From: Bugula neritina
Lineage: Eukaryota > Animalia > Bryozoa
Reading direction: 5' to 3'
Length of the DNA stretch: 64,000 nt
Assembly (NCBI GenBank): GCA_964035545.1
Contig: OZ037773.1
Coordinates: 2,695,751 to 2,759,750 of the forward strand
The notes beneath the pieces were generated by a model. It was not told the origin of the DNA and made no database searches. It saw nothing but the letters and a program-made list of their open reading frames with translations. Positions 40,238 to 56,900 of the stretch are shown piece by piece (position 1 is the stretch's first letter; each line of letters starts with the position of its first letter). Both the position numbers and the translations under genes were made by a program.

Positions 40238-40242
<5 letters not shown>
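39963..40242 (+). mobile_element. Retrozyme monomer, subfamily 2
   Basis: As 37379-37658. Confidence 0.85.
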
Positions 40243-40299
<57 letters not shown>

Positions 40300-40308
40300 T
40301 GTATATAT

Positions 40309-42497
40309 AATGTAGTGTGTTCAGATTGTTAATGATACATATATATTTTATTTAAAAAATCTCACACGACTATATAGTTTCGTACAGTAAACTGCACTCG
40401 TCAGGTGTTGGACTAAAAATAAATAAAATCTATGAAGCATACCGATTATTCAAATTTTTACATAAAGAAAACTATATCATGCTAAACACAACGTAAAACG
40501 AAATGCAAACATAGTAGTGGATTTGGTGTTATCTATTAATTAATTAAATTGCTCTTTTTCTAAAGGATTAGACTATAAAAGCTAGATGTTTGATGGAAAG
40601 GGTAATTTATAATAGGTAGTACTATGGTTGAGAATTGTTAGTATTGTTATGTGATGTGATGTGATGTTACTTCCGAGGTAATTAAATGGTTCACAAATTT
40701 AGATAACAACAAATGCTTATCTTTTATTGTATTTGACATTGTCGACTTTTATCTGTCAATAACTAATAAATTACTCCACACTGCAATTGATTTCGCAGCA
40801 GAGCGTACCACCATAACAGACACAGACCGCACCGTGATTTTCCATGCCAGAAAAATGTTGTTATACCATTCCGGCCAACCCTGGAGTAAAAAATGTGGCT
40901 CATTATTTGACATTACAATGGGCAGCTATGACGGTGCAGAATGTTGCACTCTGGTCAGCATATTTTTACTATATAAAATCAACCAGAAGTTTGGAAATAC
41001 CTTCGGTCTATACCGTGATGACGGCCTAGGAGTAAACAACGACACTGCAAAAAATATAGATAGAATTAAAAAATCAATCTGCAAAATTTTCCAAAAACAT
41101 AATCTAAATATCACCATTGAAGTAAACAAAAAAGTCGTCAACTATCTAGATATAAATTTTGACATTAGCAAAAGAACACACAAACCCCATGTAAAACCTA
41201 ACAGCGAAATCCTATATGTAAACTCCAAATCCAACCATCCACCCCATATCACAAGAAACATTCCACATGCCATAAACAACAGGCTCTCCAATCTCTCATC
41301 TAACGAAGAAGTCTTCAGTCAAACAACAAAAATACACCAAGAAGCTCTAAGTAAAAGTGGATACACACATAACCTAACATTCCAGCCAACACACACCACT
41401 AGTAGACCAAAAAGAGAAAGACGACGAAACATCACATGGTATAACCCCCCATTCTCCAAAAGTGTAACAAGCAACCTGGGAAAACAATTTTTTTAAAATC
41501 CTGGAGGAAGAAATACCCAAAGATCACAAACTCTACAAAATCTTCAACAAAAACAACATAAAACTCAGTTACAGCTGCTGCAGAAATTTAAACAACATAA
41601 TCAACAGCCACAATCAAAGATTACTCAACCCAGCAAACCAACCTCCTCGAGAATGTAACTGCAGAAACAGCACAGTGTGCCCACTAGATGGAAAATGCCT
41701 CACAAAGTGCATCATATACCAAGCTACAGTTACAACCAAAGATGGCAGCCAACCCCAGACTTACGTGGGAACATCAGAAACAGAATTCAAAACCAGATTG
41801 TATAACCACAAATCAACTTTTAACAACAAAACAAAAAAGAACCATACTGAATTGAGCAAATATATCTGGAAACTAAAAGACAAGAACACCCATTTTGACA
41901 TAACATGGAAAATTATGAAAAAGACCAACTCATACAACAAAGTCACTAAAAGGTGCAACCTCTGCCTATGGGAAAAATATTTCATAATATACCAGCCCAG
42001 CAAATCTTCCCTTAATAACAGAAATGAGATTCTATCCACATGCAGACATGCACGTAAGCACTACCTGGGCAACATCACATAACAATACTAACAATTCTCA
42101 ACCGTAGTACTACCTATTATAAATTACCCTTTCCATCAAACGTCTAGCTTTTATAGTCTAATCCTTTAGAAAAAGAGCAATTTAATTAATTAATAGATAA
42201 CACCAAATCCACTACTATGTTTGCATTTCGTTTTACGTTGTGTTTAGCATGATATAGTTTTCTTTATGTAAAAATTTGAATAATCGGTATGCTTCATAGA
42301 TTTTATTTATTTTTCGTCTAACACCTGACGAGTGCAGTTTACTGTACGAAACTATATAGCCGTGTGAGATTTTTTAAATAAAAAAATATATATGTATCAT
42401 TAACAATCTGAACACACTACATTATATTAGCTCTGTCACCCGTGATATCGAGCACTTTACTTTGCTGGAACTCCAACTAGATTGACAATCAGCATAC

Positions 42498-42499
<2 letters not shown>
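40309..42499 (+). mobile_element. PLE-B copy 4; hammerheads at 40364-40408 (-, intact) and 42321-42365 (+, U16.1C)
   Basis: ORFs 40834..41496 and 41675..42082; period 2580 bp. Confidence 0.92.
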
Positions 42500-43799
<1,300 letters not shown>

Positions 43800-45769
43800 C
43801 ATATAACATATGACAGATAACAGATGACAGATGACATATAGTATATGTGTAGTACTATGTATATGTACTATTCATATGACCAATAAGGATTTCATCACAC
43901 CAGCTCCTGCCATTTTCACAATTGACTATAGTAGGCAAGAGCAAGAGTACAAAAAGATTATATAAAACGTTGTGATTCCAGATGACATGGTTTAGACTGT
44001 TTCCTCATTGCAATGTTAGCAAAAGCCCAATTAACTTTTTCCTCTAATATTCAAGCTTTGCATATGATATATTACAAACATGGTTTCGTAGCAATGCAAT
44101 AGGGAGTTATGCTCTTTTTTACACCTAGGACAACTGCCAACTAATGCAGCAGCTTTGAAATTGCAATGATGTTGCAATGTTCGGAGTTATGTTTCCTCCA
44201 TCAACTGCAATTGAACACACCTCCCAGTAAATTGGGTATATACTGTGAGTACTAAGTATGCCTGTGTGTCTATACACAGCTTTCACTGTAATTACTAAAA
44301 GCATGAACTTAGCTGATTAATAAAACTAATGAGATATTGAACTTGGCTGGCACATGCAAGCAGCTCCTACAATAACAGCATTTATTGCTATTGTATATAT
44401 ACATAACTCCCAAGGCTCTGCTGCTATTATTAATCAGCTAAGGCCATTGCTGGTAGCTCAGGATACAAAGCTTGTTCATTAATTAGTAACTAGCAAGATA
44501 TTCAGCGTACTACCAGCATTTCAGCAAAGGTAAGTGAATAATATACTACATTACTAAAGTGAGGTGTGCAGCATACACATAATAATATAGTTGTAATGGG
44601 CACTGGTATTTTTATGTGTTTGACAAAAAAATTATATTTGACATATCAATTTTAAAAGGCTGGTGTAATAGGTATTGTAGTTTAGGAAACTATATTATAT
44701 ACATTTGATTAGCTGCTGAAATACTCAAACAATTTAAGTATATAAAGGTTCATCAGGATTGCATAATATATTTTAGAGCTAAAATCTAAAGCCAAAATCT
44801 ATGTGATTTTAATTTAACCTTAGAGCTATAAGCTTGCTTGAGCGAGGGTGTATTTGAATTGTTACTAAGACATTCTAGTATAAGTATAAAGATTATTTTG
44901 CGTGCAAATATAGTCAAAATATTCTATAGATTTACCCTTCACTTCAATTCACCATTGATGAGCTTGGTGTTAGTGTAATCCTCATATTCACAAGTCAAAT
45001 ATAAAAATAGTAGTAAAATTTCTCCAAAAATATGGATTCTAATGATTTGAGCAGCTATACCATTTCTTAATGAGACTGTACACGCAGAGTCTATACAGTT
45101 ATTGTGACTGCTGATAGCTGATATTTACTAACCCTAATATGATATTCTAAAGAAGTGTATGTTAATGACTCATATCTACAACTGCAGATGATAATTAAGG
45201 AATGTAATTATTCTTTGTGCATGCTGTAAGTAATAATTAACACTTGGTGAATATACAAAGACATATTAGCACTCTATAAGCACATTAATTAATCTACAAA
45301 TATTTTATATGACTCAATCAAAATGAAGCAGTAGCATTAATATCCTTTACTGAGTCAGAACTTGGACTAACAAAGAAATGATAAGATAATTCCTCGATCA
45401 ACAAACATCCTTAGGGAATCTAATCAATATTGTAGACTATGATACCATTAGGATAATACAGTGTGTATCTTTTACTATACAATATTCTAAACTATATATT
45501 ATCACTGTGCACGCTACAGAACACCCTACACTTGGTAACTAATAATATTTACTGATAGGTTATCAATGTTTTAATGAACTTGTGATGATATCTAACTGGC
45601 ATGTGTGTAACTGTTTGCCTGTTGATACAACAATCAAGCCTAAAGAATTATGGATTTTACAAGCTTGAATCATGTAATTCCACAAAGCTTGTAGTTGCAG
45701 AAATTATTTACATTTGTGTGTCTTAGACTTATTGAGCTGATGTGTTGGGTATTTTCAACTAAGCATATG

Positions 45770-46081
<312 letters not shown>

Positions 46082-49000
46082 CTAGGTCAGTAAAACTGTC
46101 ATGCCTGTGTCTTTTCTTGCATCCAATGATAATATATATCTAAAACCTCAATGTAGTCCATGAATAAATATTTTTACTGCATGGCAAGCATGTGTAACAT
46201 ACAAGAGTCAAACAGAATTTGCTTCCCGTCATCACCATATTTTTAACATGGTATATGGAAAACCTCTGGTTGCTACTGAAATTGGCTCTCTGCCTATACT
46301 CTTTTTAGTTTAGCAAAGTCTTTCATGGTTCTGCAAGCCTAGAATCTAAGAAAAACATCAAAAGTTTTATTGTTGGACAGTTGCTATTCCAACAATGACT
46401 TTGTCGAATGTCGCACACTCATAAAAGCATATCCAGGTGTTTGTGAATTAGTTTTTGCATGCAAGAAATTTTGCATGATTGAGAACTAACTGTAAGCTTG
46501 ACCAATGTAAGTGATTGGTCGAAGAAAATGATAAAAAAATAAATTAAATAAATTAATGAATAAATGGTAATTGATGCAAGGCTCACGAAACTGAACTAAA
46601 TCTTGTGTATTTAGCCTCAAATGTCTGCAAGAATATATATTGCCATAGGCAAATTGTCAGGAACCTTTGCTCCCTTGTCATCTAGGATATGGTACAAACA
46701 ACTGCACTAAAAGAAAGTCAGTTTATCATTTGTATACTACACTGTTAAGGGAACTTGGTCAACAGCAAAGAGACAGCACAAGAAGTGTTGGTTGGGACTT
46801 TACATAAGCTAGGAAAGCTTTTCCCTAATTCATGATAGCTTTCACATATCATCGAAGCTATAATGCCAGCTATATTATGCTGTTTCCACACTCGTTATGA
46901 CTACTATACAATATCTAACCTTTTTGACTAGTATAAAAACCCAGCATTCTTACTTATCTACACACACTTGCGTCTCACACTTGTAACTTGCAACTTATAA
47001 CTTAACCTTTTCACATTGGTACTTTCTTTCAGTCTACGACGATATTTATATCTGTCTAAAACAAAACAAGAAGGTAACTACTTCTATTTTCATTGTCTTA
47101 CCTATTGCTGGGTATTCTGTGTGAACGAGACTACCAACTGTAAAGTTTTGAGACATACTCGGCTCACAACCAGCTATCTCTCCTAATGCAAGATAAGCTT
47201 TGCGGAGTGAGTAGAGTTAGTCGTATAATTGATTATTTTGTACTGAAAGAGCTGGCTTGCGGTGGACTATGGTAAGCAGAATGCGCAGAGCTGAGCACAG
47301 AACTACCATGTGGTGTGTGTGGGTTCAGAATCAACTTCACTGAGTGGGGAAAAGTTGCAATAGACAAGTTAACGTGAATATATTATGAAATAATCGAGCA
47401 TGCTTAGGTAGAAGCAACAAATGTAAAGTGTCAACTAATATGACACAAGCCCCACAACCTGCCATGTTATAATGTACGCTATAAATTGTGCGTACTTGCA
47501 CAGTAGCTTGTATTGTATCGTCTAGGTCTACCCTAAGTATTTTCAAGGCAGACCTATAAGACTATTGCTATTGCTACCATTGCTGTAATATTTTAAAGTA
47601 AAAAGCAGTGTGAGGAAGCATAGAAATTGCTTAGCGCAGTGTGACTAAAAGTAGTCGGTCAAGTTGCGTCAAAGTCACAGACAGATTGCTTAAATGCATA
47701 CAACTGCTTACAATGATACGAGATGTTAGGCTTGACTGAAGTATAATCTTATTATATTTGATTACATAGATCAGCTTTTAAATATAATATTACAAAAATT
47801 ATGCAGCTTTTGTATTGCAAACGATGCGATAACAACACATTGTTGAAAGTATGCGTAGGATGAATGTTTGATTTTGCTGAGCTAATATTTCTCGGGACGT
47901 GGCGCCACAATCAGCATCTCCGGGTGGTTATCTTTCTATCTCTATAGAAAATCAACATGAGACATCTTTAATCTGTAATCTTACACTCTGATTACCTCAT
48001 AAATTCTTCGAGAGTAGCTGTCTTATACGTTCTAAGTCTGCACAAATATACCCTATTAGATTGCGTTTGGTACGTGTCTATGTGCTAGATAAAGTAAACT
48101 TCAGGTATCATTTCGAAACATGTTTCATAAAATGACAAGCCAGTTACATAGTTAAAGACAATATTTATCTAAAAAACATATTAAAATCACTCAATCTGCT
48201 CCTTGCATTTCCAAATGTAACTCATAATACTTATGCAAAACTTTCAGCTAGAGAGAAGACAACTCCAAATTTTAATATAAAGATATAACTAGAGCCTGGG
48301 CAATTCTAAGATTTTGATGTGGATTATGAATTATGAGGCTATGCTGCGAAACTTATATTATCTGCATGCTTATAATATCTTAAGTCAGGCCTTATTGTTT
48401 AAAACGCTTTGTTCAAGGGTGATTGTACAAAACGAATTCTGAGTTTCATTAGATTAAACTCTCTAACCATGCATATATACATGCATTAGTTAATCAATAA
48501 TTATAGAGTATACGCTATATCAACACTTGTTATAAAGGTTTATAGAATTCAATTTAGAGTTTCACTTTTGAAAACATTTTAATAAATAAGAAACAACACA
48601 ATCGCAAGTTGAAATAACATACACCTATAGGGTATCAAGTTAGAAGCGATTAGCTTTAAAGAAACAAGCGATTGTGTTAAACTTGCTCAACAATTTAATA
48701 GAAAACACTGTACAACAATTGACCTAGTCTAACTAAAATAATAGTTCTTTAGCTCTAATTTTCTTTTTTTATTGACAGATTATGGTCTCCTTTTTTATCA
48801 AGCCTGCTCACTAGTAACAATATGAATTATAAGTTCTATAAATAATTATAAAAATTTGAAAAAGTAACAAAATGTATTTAGTTCAAAATCCAATTTATGA
48901 CTTAGCATATTAACCAATAATAAACACCACAAACTTATGTATAGCCACAAGTTTTGATAACTATACTTGTGTTAAAATTTCTTATAAATTTTATGTTGAT

Positions 49001-49133
49001 GTAAGTTAGATATGTGTCACAAACTGTAAAGGCACTTAAAAAAAGCTCGCAAATTCAGAAATAAAGTTATAGGCACTACCTACGTCAATAATTGTTGCAG
49101 TGCATTTTACTTATTTTCTCACTTTGCAGAAAC

Positions 49134-52100
49134 ATGTCAAATTTTCTTGATTTGGAAGAGTTTGTGGAGGAATGGGCGTGGCAGATGTTTGATGCTGTGA
49201 AGGGAAAAGATGAAGCAAAAATACCCAAAGATCATATTCGTCTGGAGATAAATTGGAAGAAAGTCAAATTCCAGCATGGTAAGCAAATATGGCCTTAGGC
49301 TGTCTTTTTAACAAATTTGGGTTTATCTCAATATTATCAAAGTTAAGAAAGAAATTGCACTCTGCAGTCACAGTAATAAGTTTTCAAGAAATGTGCAGTT
49401 TTCGGCAAAGATTTCACTTTGGGTTAATAGCTGACAAAACAAATCATATTTAAATTAGATAGCTGCACATTTTACTTGAGCTAAAGTTATTGTAAAAACA
49501 AATAAACCACAAAACGTTTAGCCAGAGCTCAATGTTTTAAATAGTATTTCGAACCACACATATCTCATCTGTTGAAGTTTGCTCATCATTACATGGTATA
49601 GTTATGGCTAGTTCTTAACAGTACAATCTATTCACTATCTATTCACTGTTTTTTAATGCTACTATAACAAAAAAGAGGGTGTGAGAGGTTTTTCGAAGTA
49701 TTCTTAACTTATTAATCAATTATATAACTATTGATTAATAATTTCAAGCTTGTTTTCAAAGTTGAACATCCAGTGTGATTAGACGAATTTTACATGATTC
49801 AAAGAACAGTTTTACTAAGCAATTTTTGTATTAATACAAACCAAGCATGTTTGAAGAAATATTGTAATCAACTTTATATGCATGCAATACATTAAGATCT
49901 TTCATTCTGCTTCTATAATATATGCATCCTTATCATAAGATACAGTGGTAATTAATTCAGTACTATATACTATACTATATACTATATACTATATACTCAA
50001 TCTGTGGCATGCAGCAATTCTACCATTTTGGCATATAGAAAGCTAATGTAAATAGGAAGTGGCAGCCTCCAAAGATTTATTTATTTTACCATAAACTTTA
50101 AACATGGTTGTTGATTGTCAAAGCTAGTTCTGCCTGTACAGGTGAACCAGAATATTCTGACAAGGTGATCCCCGCTGAACCCAAAGGTCAAGTCATCTTT
50201 TCCACGTCTTTCATTAACGACACAGAACAGGAACACGAGTACAGCTTCAAGACTGAGAGGTCAACAAAATCCACATGTGAAATAGAGATGTTTAGGGGTG
50301 TCACCATGGGGGCCTCATTAGAACTGAGTGTGAAGACACCATGTGAGGTATGCGGCTAAAGTATAAAGTATTTAGGCAGATATGTGCATCTAATGTGCCA
50401 TTGGGAACACCCTTCAATTTTAAAAAGTTACCTTCATATCTGAGTAATTTCAAAGCTGAAGGTCAGCTTGTTCGGTTATTGAACTCTAATTGGCTGCCCT
50501 AATTAATTTTGTCTAGTTGTCAATTTTTCACTAAACTGAGTTTCTAAATGATCTCTCTTTCACTCAGCTAAAGTTTCCAAACAATATTTCTGTTTGGAAC
50601 TGTATTTTAAGGGCAGGCAATTTCTCAACCTGTAATTGTATGGACGTATATCAAATCCTACATACCATGGGCAAATCATATAGACAAAGCATCACCAAAC
50701 TATTAAGCATTTTAATTTCTAACCATGCAACCATCACCATAGTAAAAATCAGTCACTAAGGCTTATTAAGGTCTCAATTAATCTACCTTAGTTCACATAT
50801 GCTGTGTTGTAAAGGAGTAGCAGAATACTGGCAGGCAACCTTCTATCTTGAAGCTTGTGTAATTATGGTTACCATGGTGATATTGCCTACATTTAGTCCA
50901 TAAAGTAAATTTCGGTAACTCTATCAACATTATTTGGTATAACTGAAATATTAGCTATCTAAATAACCAACGGTTAATCAACTCTTTATAACTGTAGTAT
51001 GATTGTATGCACTGGTATTGTGAGCTGCCTTAACTGTGTAGAGACAACCCTTTCAGTTAAAAACAGAATATAAATAATTATATTCAATAACTGCATTAAC
51101 AAGAACATGTTACCAAAAGTGTGTTTCTAAATACTAACCTAAATATAGATTCGAAGCTTGATCCAGTTTGATTTCACTTTGCAACGTATATTTGAATGCT
51201 AGTTATGATCGTGAATATAGAAACCTCATCTATACGTAACCATTCCAACATCACCCACCACTCTTCCACCCACCATTGAACTATAGTTGGTCTTCCACCA
51301 GCTTATTGTTAGTTCTGAGTCATGCAGTATTCATGTCTGGCATAGCAAGCAGGTACTATAATTCCTGTTTGCAGTTTTTACCTGCCAGACATGTACAAAC
51401 ATATAGGTCACTATCTATTTTCGTTTTCTAAACTGTAATTCATACATAAAGGAGACATAACTACACATGTATGTGATGTGTTCAGTTTAAGAACATGCTA
51501 TTTTAATTAGTTTTAGCCAATGTAGTACTTCCTATTATAATTTGTATACAACATGCTGTACTGCTTTATTCAAGATTAGGTAATATCTAATTAAATCTAT
51601 TGTAGATTATACAAAATGAAAAAAGTTATGTGATTTTTGTTCACAAAAGTGTATTATAAAAGTTCCAGCTTTGGTGAAAAACTAATTTATTTTGAAACCT
51701 GTAAATTTAGAGGTTTGTGCTGTACTTGTCCATGCAATATGTAACAGCTTGCATTTATTATTATGTTAGAAATCACACCATGCAGTCACGAATATAATAT
51801 ATAGATACACAGTGAGCTCATATATTGCTGTTTCAAACATGAAACTCAACTGTGCAAATGTGTGGAAGTAGCTTTTCAAACTAATGACTTCTCAGCAACA
51901 CACTGCCAGACTGAAAGTATAATTAAGCTCTCACGCCCACCCTTCCAAATATTTGAGGAAAACTACAGAACTTATACAGATATTCTAACCTGCATAGTAA
52001 TAGGAGAATATAGGAATGTGTTCCTCAAAGGGATTGCACTCAAGTCTCTGGATAATCAATTATAAATATTTGTCCTAATGAAATGTTTTCCCATGTAATT

Positions 52101-52548
52101 CATTTCCTTCTAATTTACCTGCCAATTGTTTTAGGTATTTGAAATGAATGCCGGGTTTTCCAGAGAAGTCGAAGTTTCAAAAAGCGAGGGGCAGACAATT
52201 GAGAAAGAGCTGATCTGGGCTGTAGACAGCAACATCAAGCTACCCAGTATGTCTAAAACACAGGCTAACCTTGTCATTAACCAGCAGGAATTTGATGGCA
52301 AGTTCAAGGTCAAAAGCAAATTCTGGGGGCGGGTCATAGTAAGTTTTCACAACAAGAAGGATAACAACAACTTTATGAGATCTATAGAAGGAGAGATGAA
52401 AGAGATTTTCAGAGGCAAGGATGGGTTTACAGTGACTAACAAAGTGGTTAGCTACGTGAGTGAAGGGCGCTGTCATTTCAGATACGGTATTGATCAGCAG
52501 GTACATTTGAAGCAGTTTCCTCTTAACAACAATGCTCTAAAAAATTAA
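49134..52548 (+). CDS. Aerolysin-superfamily (ETX/MTX2-like, LIN-24-related) beta-pore-forming protein, 254 aa, no signal peptide
   Basis: Exons 49134-49278, 50142-50347 and 52135-52548 join in phase. Motifs FINDTEQEHEYSFKTERSTKST, alternating amphipathic hairpin GVTMGASLELSVKTPCEVFEMNAGFSREVEVS, and W.VDS.I.LP..K.QA.LVI. Confidence 0.8.
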
Positions 52549-53967
52549 CTTGACTTTATTTAAATATGCACAGTACACTGTAATGATACAGTAATCTGTT
52601 GCATTGCTTGAGTTGTGAAAAATCAATTTTCATTGATCATGCATTCTGTTAAAGAGCAACTCCATAAAACAGTACAATATTTTTTATATTTCAATCTGAC
52701 TATAACATTATATTCTATATTGTTTGTGCATTTAATAACTAATAACTTTCACTGAAAGAAACTTTCCATCTTTAATCAATCATCAATTAACTTATTTGTT
52801 ATTCCTACTAATTTTTACCACGTGGTATATTTACCACCATATCTATATATTAACTCAAAATAAAATTGACATTTTGTTAGGGCTTTTTCTAATAAACTTT
52901 CTACATATTATATACAGAGACTATTGCTGCACGCACAAGCTTGCCATATTTAGCTGCATAAAATACAGTGACATACATGTAGATACAAGATATAATTGTG
53001 GAGTAATGAGTAGTGTGTCTTTTTCAATGTAAGAGTTTAAACTCATCAACATTGACATTATCACTGAACTGAAGCTATAGGTTATAGTTCAATGGACATT
53101 ATATTGAGAGCAACAGTTGGAAAAGAGAAGATAACTCAACACTACAGATTGCAATAATATTTTATTCAAGAGAAGAAAAATTTCAACAAGAACATTTTTG
53201 AGCTACCTTGAATGACATAAGTATTAACCGAGCCAATGAAAAATTTAACTAATTCTCAATTCCCAATTCCAGAAAAATACCAACATAAATTACAGCATGC
53301 AGAATTGAAAAAATGCAATTGAAATTGAAGTAAACTGGCAATTATAATGTAAATGAAGCAAAATTAAAAATATATAATAATGGAGCATTGTTAGTATAGT
53401 TGAAAGGAAGACAAAGTTAGTTTTATTCTGAGATAGCTTACAATTCTTTTCGAGTTGATAATTATAAAATGGCAGTGGGTTGTTGTACCCTGACACATTT
53501 ACAAGATTTAAGCCTGGAAAATTAGATATATTACATTACTTGATACGTAGTGATGAATGATAAGTAGTGACTAACGACTAGATCCATAATCAATGCATAG
53601 CTGGAGTACCTATACAATAACACAACTGGCTAAGCAATGCAGAATGCTCTTGCTCGTCCCTATACCTCATTTTATTGTTATCTGAGAGAGTTAATATGTG
53701 TGAGATATGCAGACCTCTAGTTGAGGCCCTATAGCCGGCTTAGTATTTCATCACCTAGTTGAAGCTGGCGATTTTCAACAAGAGAAATGAAGAAACTTGA
53801 GTTGTGAAAAAGTCTACCTAACCCAATAGGAACAGAGTAGCACACATAGTGATTGACCCTAAAATAATGCTCAGTTGATTTGTATCTGGTGTAAATATAA
53901 AGAAAAAGAAAGATCAGGTTTCAGAAAGGAATTCGTTAACAGCACTGGGAGACCATCAGCTGTTCCA

Positions 53968-56900
53968 CTATTTTGTCTTTTTACTCTCTTGGTCTCCCTG
54001 ACCTTCCTGTGCCACGTCTACATGTTCCACCGCACCTGATTGGCTGGTTTTTTCAGCAGTATCCAATAGCTGCAGGGTGAAGAGCCAGAACTTCTCAGCT
54101 TCCTCGTCACTTGCAGCTGGTCCTTCTATTGCTTTCTCTTGCAAATCTCTACAATACAGTGTAACATTGCAATACTATTTCTGCTGCACATGCATAATAC
54201 ACTGTAACTATTCAATACCGTTTCTACTGTACCTGCATCATACACTGTAACATTGCAATGCTACTTCTACTATACATGTATCATACACTGTAACTATGCA
54301 ATATTACTTCTACTGTACATGTAAGGCAAATCACATGAAGATGTAACATCAACCAAACAAAAACCACCAAGGCTAAAAAATCCCAACAGTATGTATTTCC
54401 TCAGAGCACAGTTGAATTCTAATATTTTAGTAGAGTGTCTATTGATCATCTTCAAAGTGTCTATTGGGTGAAGTTGTGTTACCTCATTGAACGTTCATGT
54501 CCAATAAGGTAACGCAATACCAAAATGCTGAGCAGACACTGCAGAACGTCTCAGCAACAGTGATTTGCTGATTGCTATTTACCGAGCGTACTTTTTGTGG
54601 TTAATTTTCATATTTTTATACTTTTTACTTCAATTACAAAACCGTGAACAAAAAGCAAGCAAATGGAAAATTCAATCACGGTCGGAACATCTCAATAGAA
54701 CAATGTAGCAAATTCCACAGGTATCCTAACAATAGCCCAATCTTGAATAAAATACTTTAGTTTGTAAGAGTGCTTTAGATTTGATTTCTAATACAAGCTA
54801 GGCATAGTCATCTTTTAATAATAAACAGATCTCCAAACAAAGGATGGAGCTTTACGCCCCCTCCTCCCCCTCCCCCTCCTCCCCTCCTCCGCAGAGCAGT
54901 GAGTGATTTACCAAAGTCTTTAAAAATACCCTCTACCCCTCTACTGTTACCTACTGTTATCTACTCTATATTTCTATACTTTTTATTTACATACTTACTA
55001 TTAGCTGAAACTACTACTATGTGGGGGCCTTAAGAGTGGCTGTGACTCAACAGCTATACTTACACATAATACTTTCCGGTAACTTCATTGAGGCTCTCAT
55101 CAATGCAGAGGAAGTTGGGAGTTTGAGCGCCGTCATTGGCTGTTTTCATGAGGTACCAACATATCAGATAGGTTGACACGTACAGAAACTGAAAGAGTAG
55201 AAATTAATTCCATAACTCCTAAACATATATGCAAGTACAAACATGAAACACAGTCTAAAGAAATCGAGTAGCTCTAAAAATATACGAGCTAGTCCTAAAA
55301 GATTTAGTTAATAATGAAGAATATACGAGCCATGAATTAAAATATCTATCAGTAGTAAACTGAAGCCTTTACTTTCGCACTCAGTAAACTAGCCTCTGTC
55401 TAGAGCTGACGAGGCAAAAGCTGACGTACCTGTGAAGTGCAGATGGGCATGTACCTGTGTATCTGGGTACGAGCCACACCAGGGTGGCAGGCATTGACTG
55501 TAACTTTAGTACCTGAAACAGAGGGCCAAGCAAATTACGCTGCATTCGGTGATTTATTCAACTAAAACAGCATAGCATTTGATATGTTGAGTAGAAAACC
55601 CTTTACAGGCGATAGTTACTGCCAAAAGCTTTGAAACAACTTCTACATATGTTAGGTAGTTGCTATGATAACACTATAAGCATTTGTCCATGAAAAACAG
55701 GGCTATTTGAAATGATAGTCTGCAAAAGAAACGAAATCAAGATGACAAGATGCGTTTTGAACAGCTTTGACCTCAACATAGTAATGTTGTTGCTAGTAAA
55801 AAATAGAGCATTGAATGGAAGAAACATGTTATGAAAAATCTGCACAAATATCTAGTCTGTAAAACGCTCAGCCAATCAGAGAGGCTGCTTTAAGAAATGT
55901 CAGTTTAGTCAGATATTGGATGTGTAAAATGCACTATCTTTAACCCCCCTCCCCTCAGTTCACTGAAAATGGCAAGATCCTAATATTAACAAGTTTTTTT
56001 AATTTAGCATTTTTATATAGACTGGTGATTATGATTTTATTCGCTGTTGATGAGTATACAGGAGTAAAATCATATAAACCGGCAAGTATTAGTATTTTAT
56101 GGGAGCAATTGTGGTCTAAGGGTTAGAGTGTTTGCCTAGTAGCACAAAGGTAATGGGTTCGAGCCCAGACAAAGGCCATTGGTGATGTTAGGAAGAGCAT
56201 CCAGTCATAAAATTTTGCTTCTGTGTCCCATCTGAATATGTCCTTAGCCAGTTTATCAAAAACCCCTTTCATCAAGGGTTTTCTCACAGGGATGGTGACT
56301 ATAAACTTGCATGAGTTTTATTAGTATTTTATGAAATACTAATGATTTAAAGGTCTTTGAACATATGTGGAGTTATCTCCTCACCTTCTAGTAACTTAGT
56401 TAACTTCCTCATCATCAACATAAGAGCCAATTTACTCTGGGTAAAGCATTCTGAGCCATTTCCATACTCTGCCTACAACATATCACAATAAACTAGCAGG
56501 AACATAATATACCAAGTATAGCTAAACACCTTGCATTGAATCTAAGGAGTCATGTCCCTAGCAACTACAAGCAGGACAATACATCTCTATATTCTTACAT
56601 CGACATGTAGGATAGAGTCATCACCTTTCAGCTATAATAATGTGCCAGCTACTGCTTAAACTATTGAACAGAGTTATGTGGCATATAAATTGCTGGAAGG
56701 AGTTAATTTATTTCTCTCCAGCATAGACAAGTTGAGAGTTATCATCTCTATTCAACTAAATTTTAGCGACAGTTTAGGCACGGTATTTGAAGGTATGGCC
56801 TTGGCATCCAACAGTTAAGAGAGTTTTTTCAGCAACCACCATGACTTTTGCTCACAGAAAGCAGTTCATCTCACCTTCTCGAGGTTGATGTCATCGTAAT

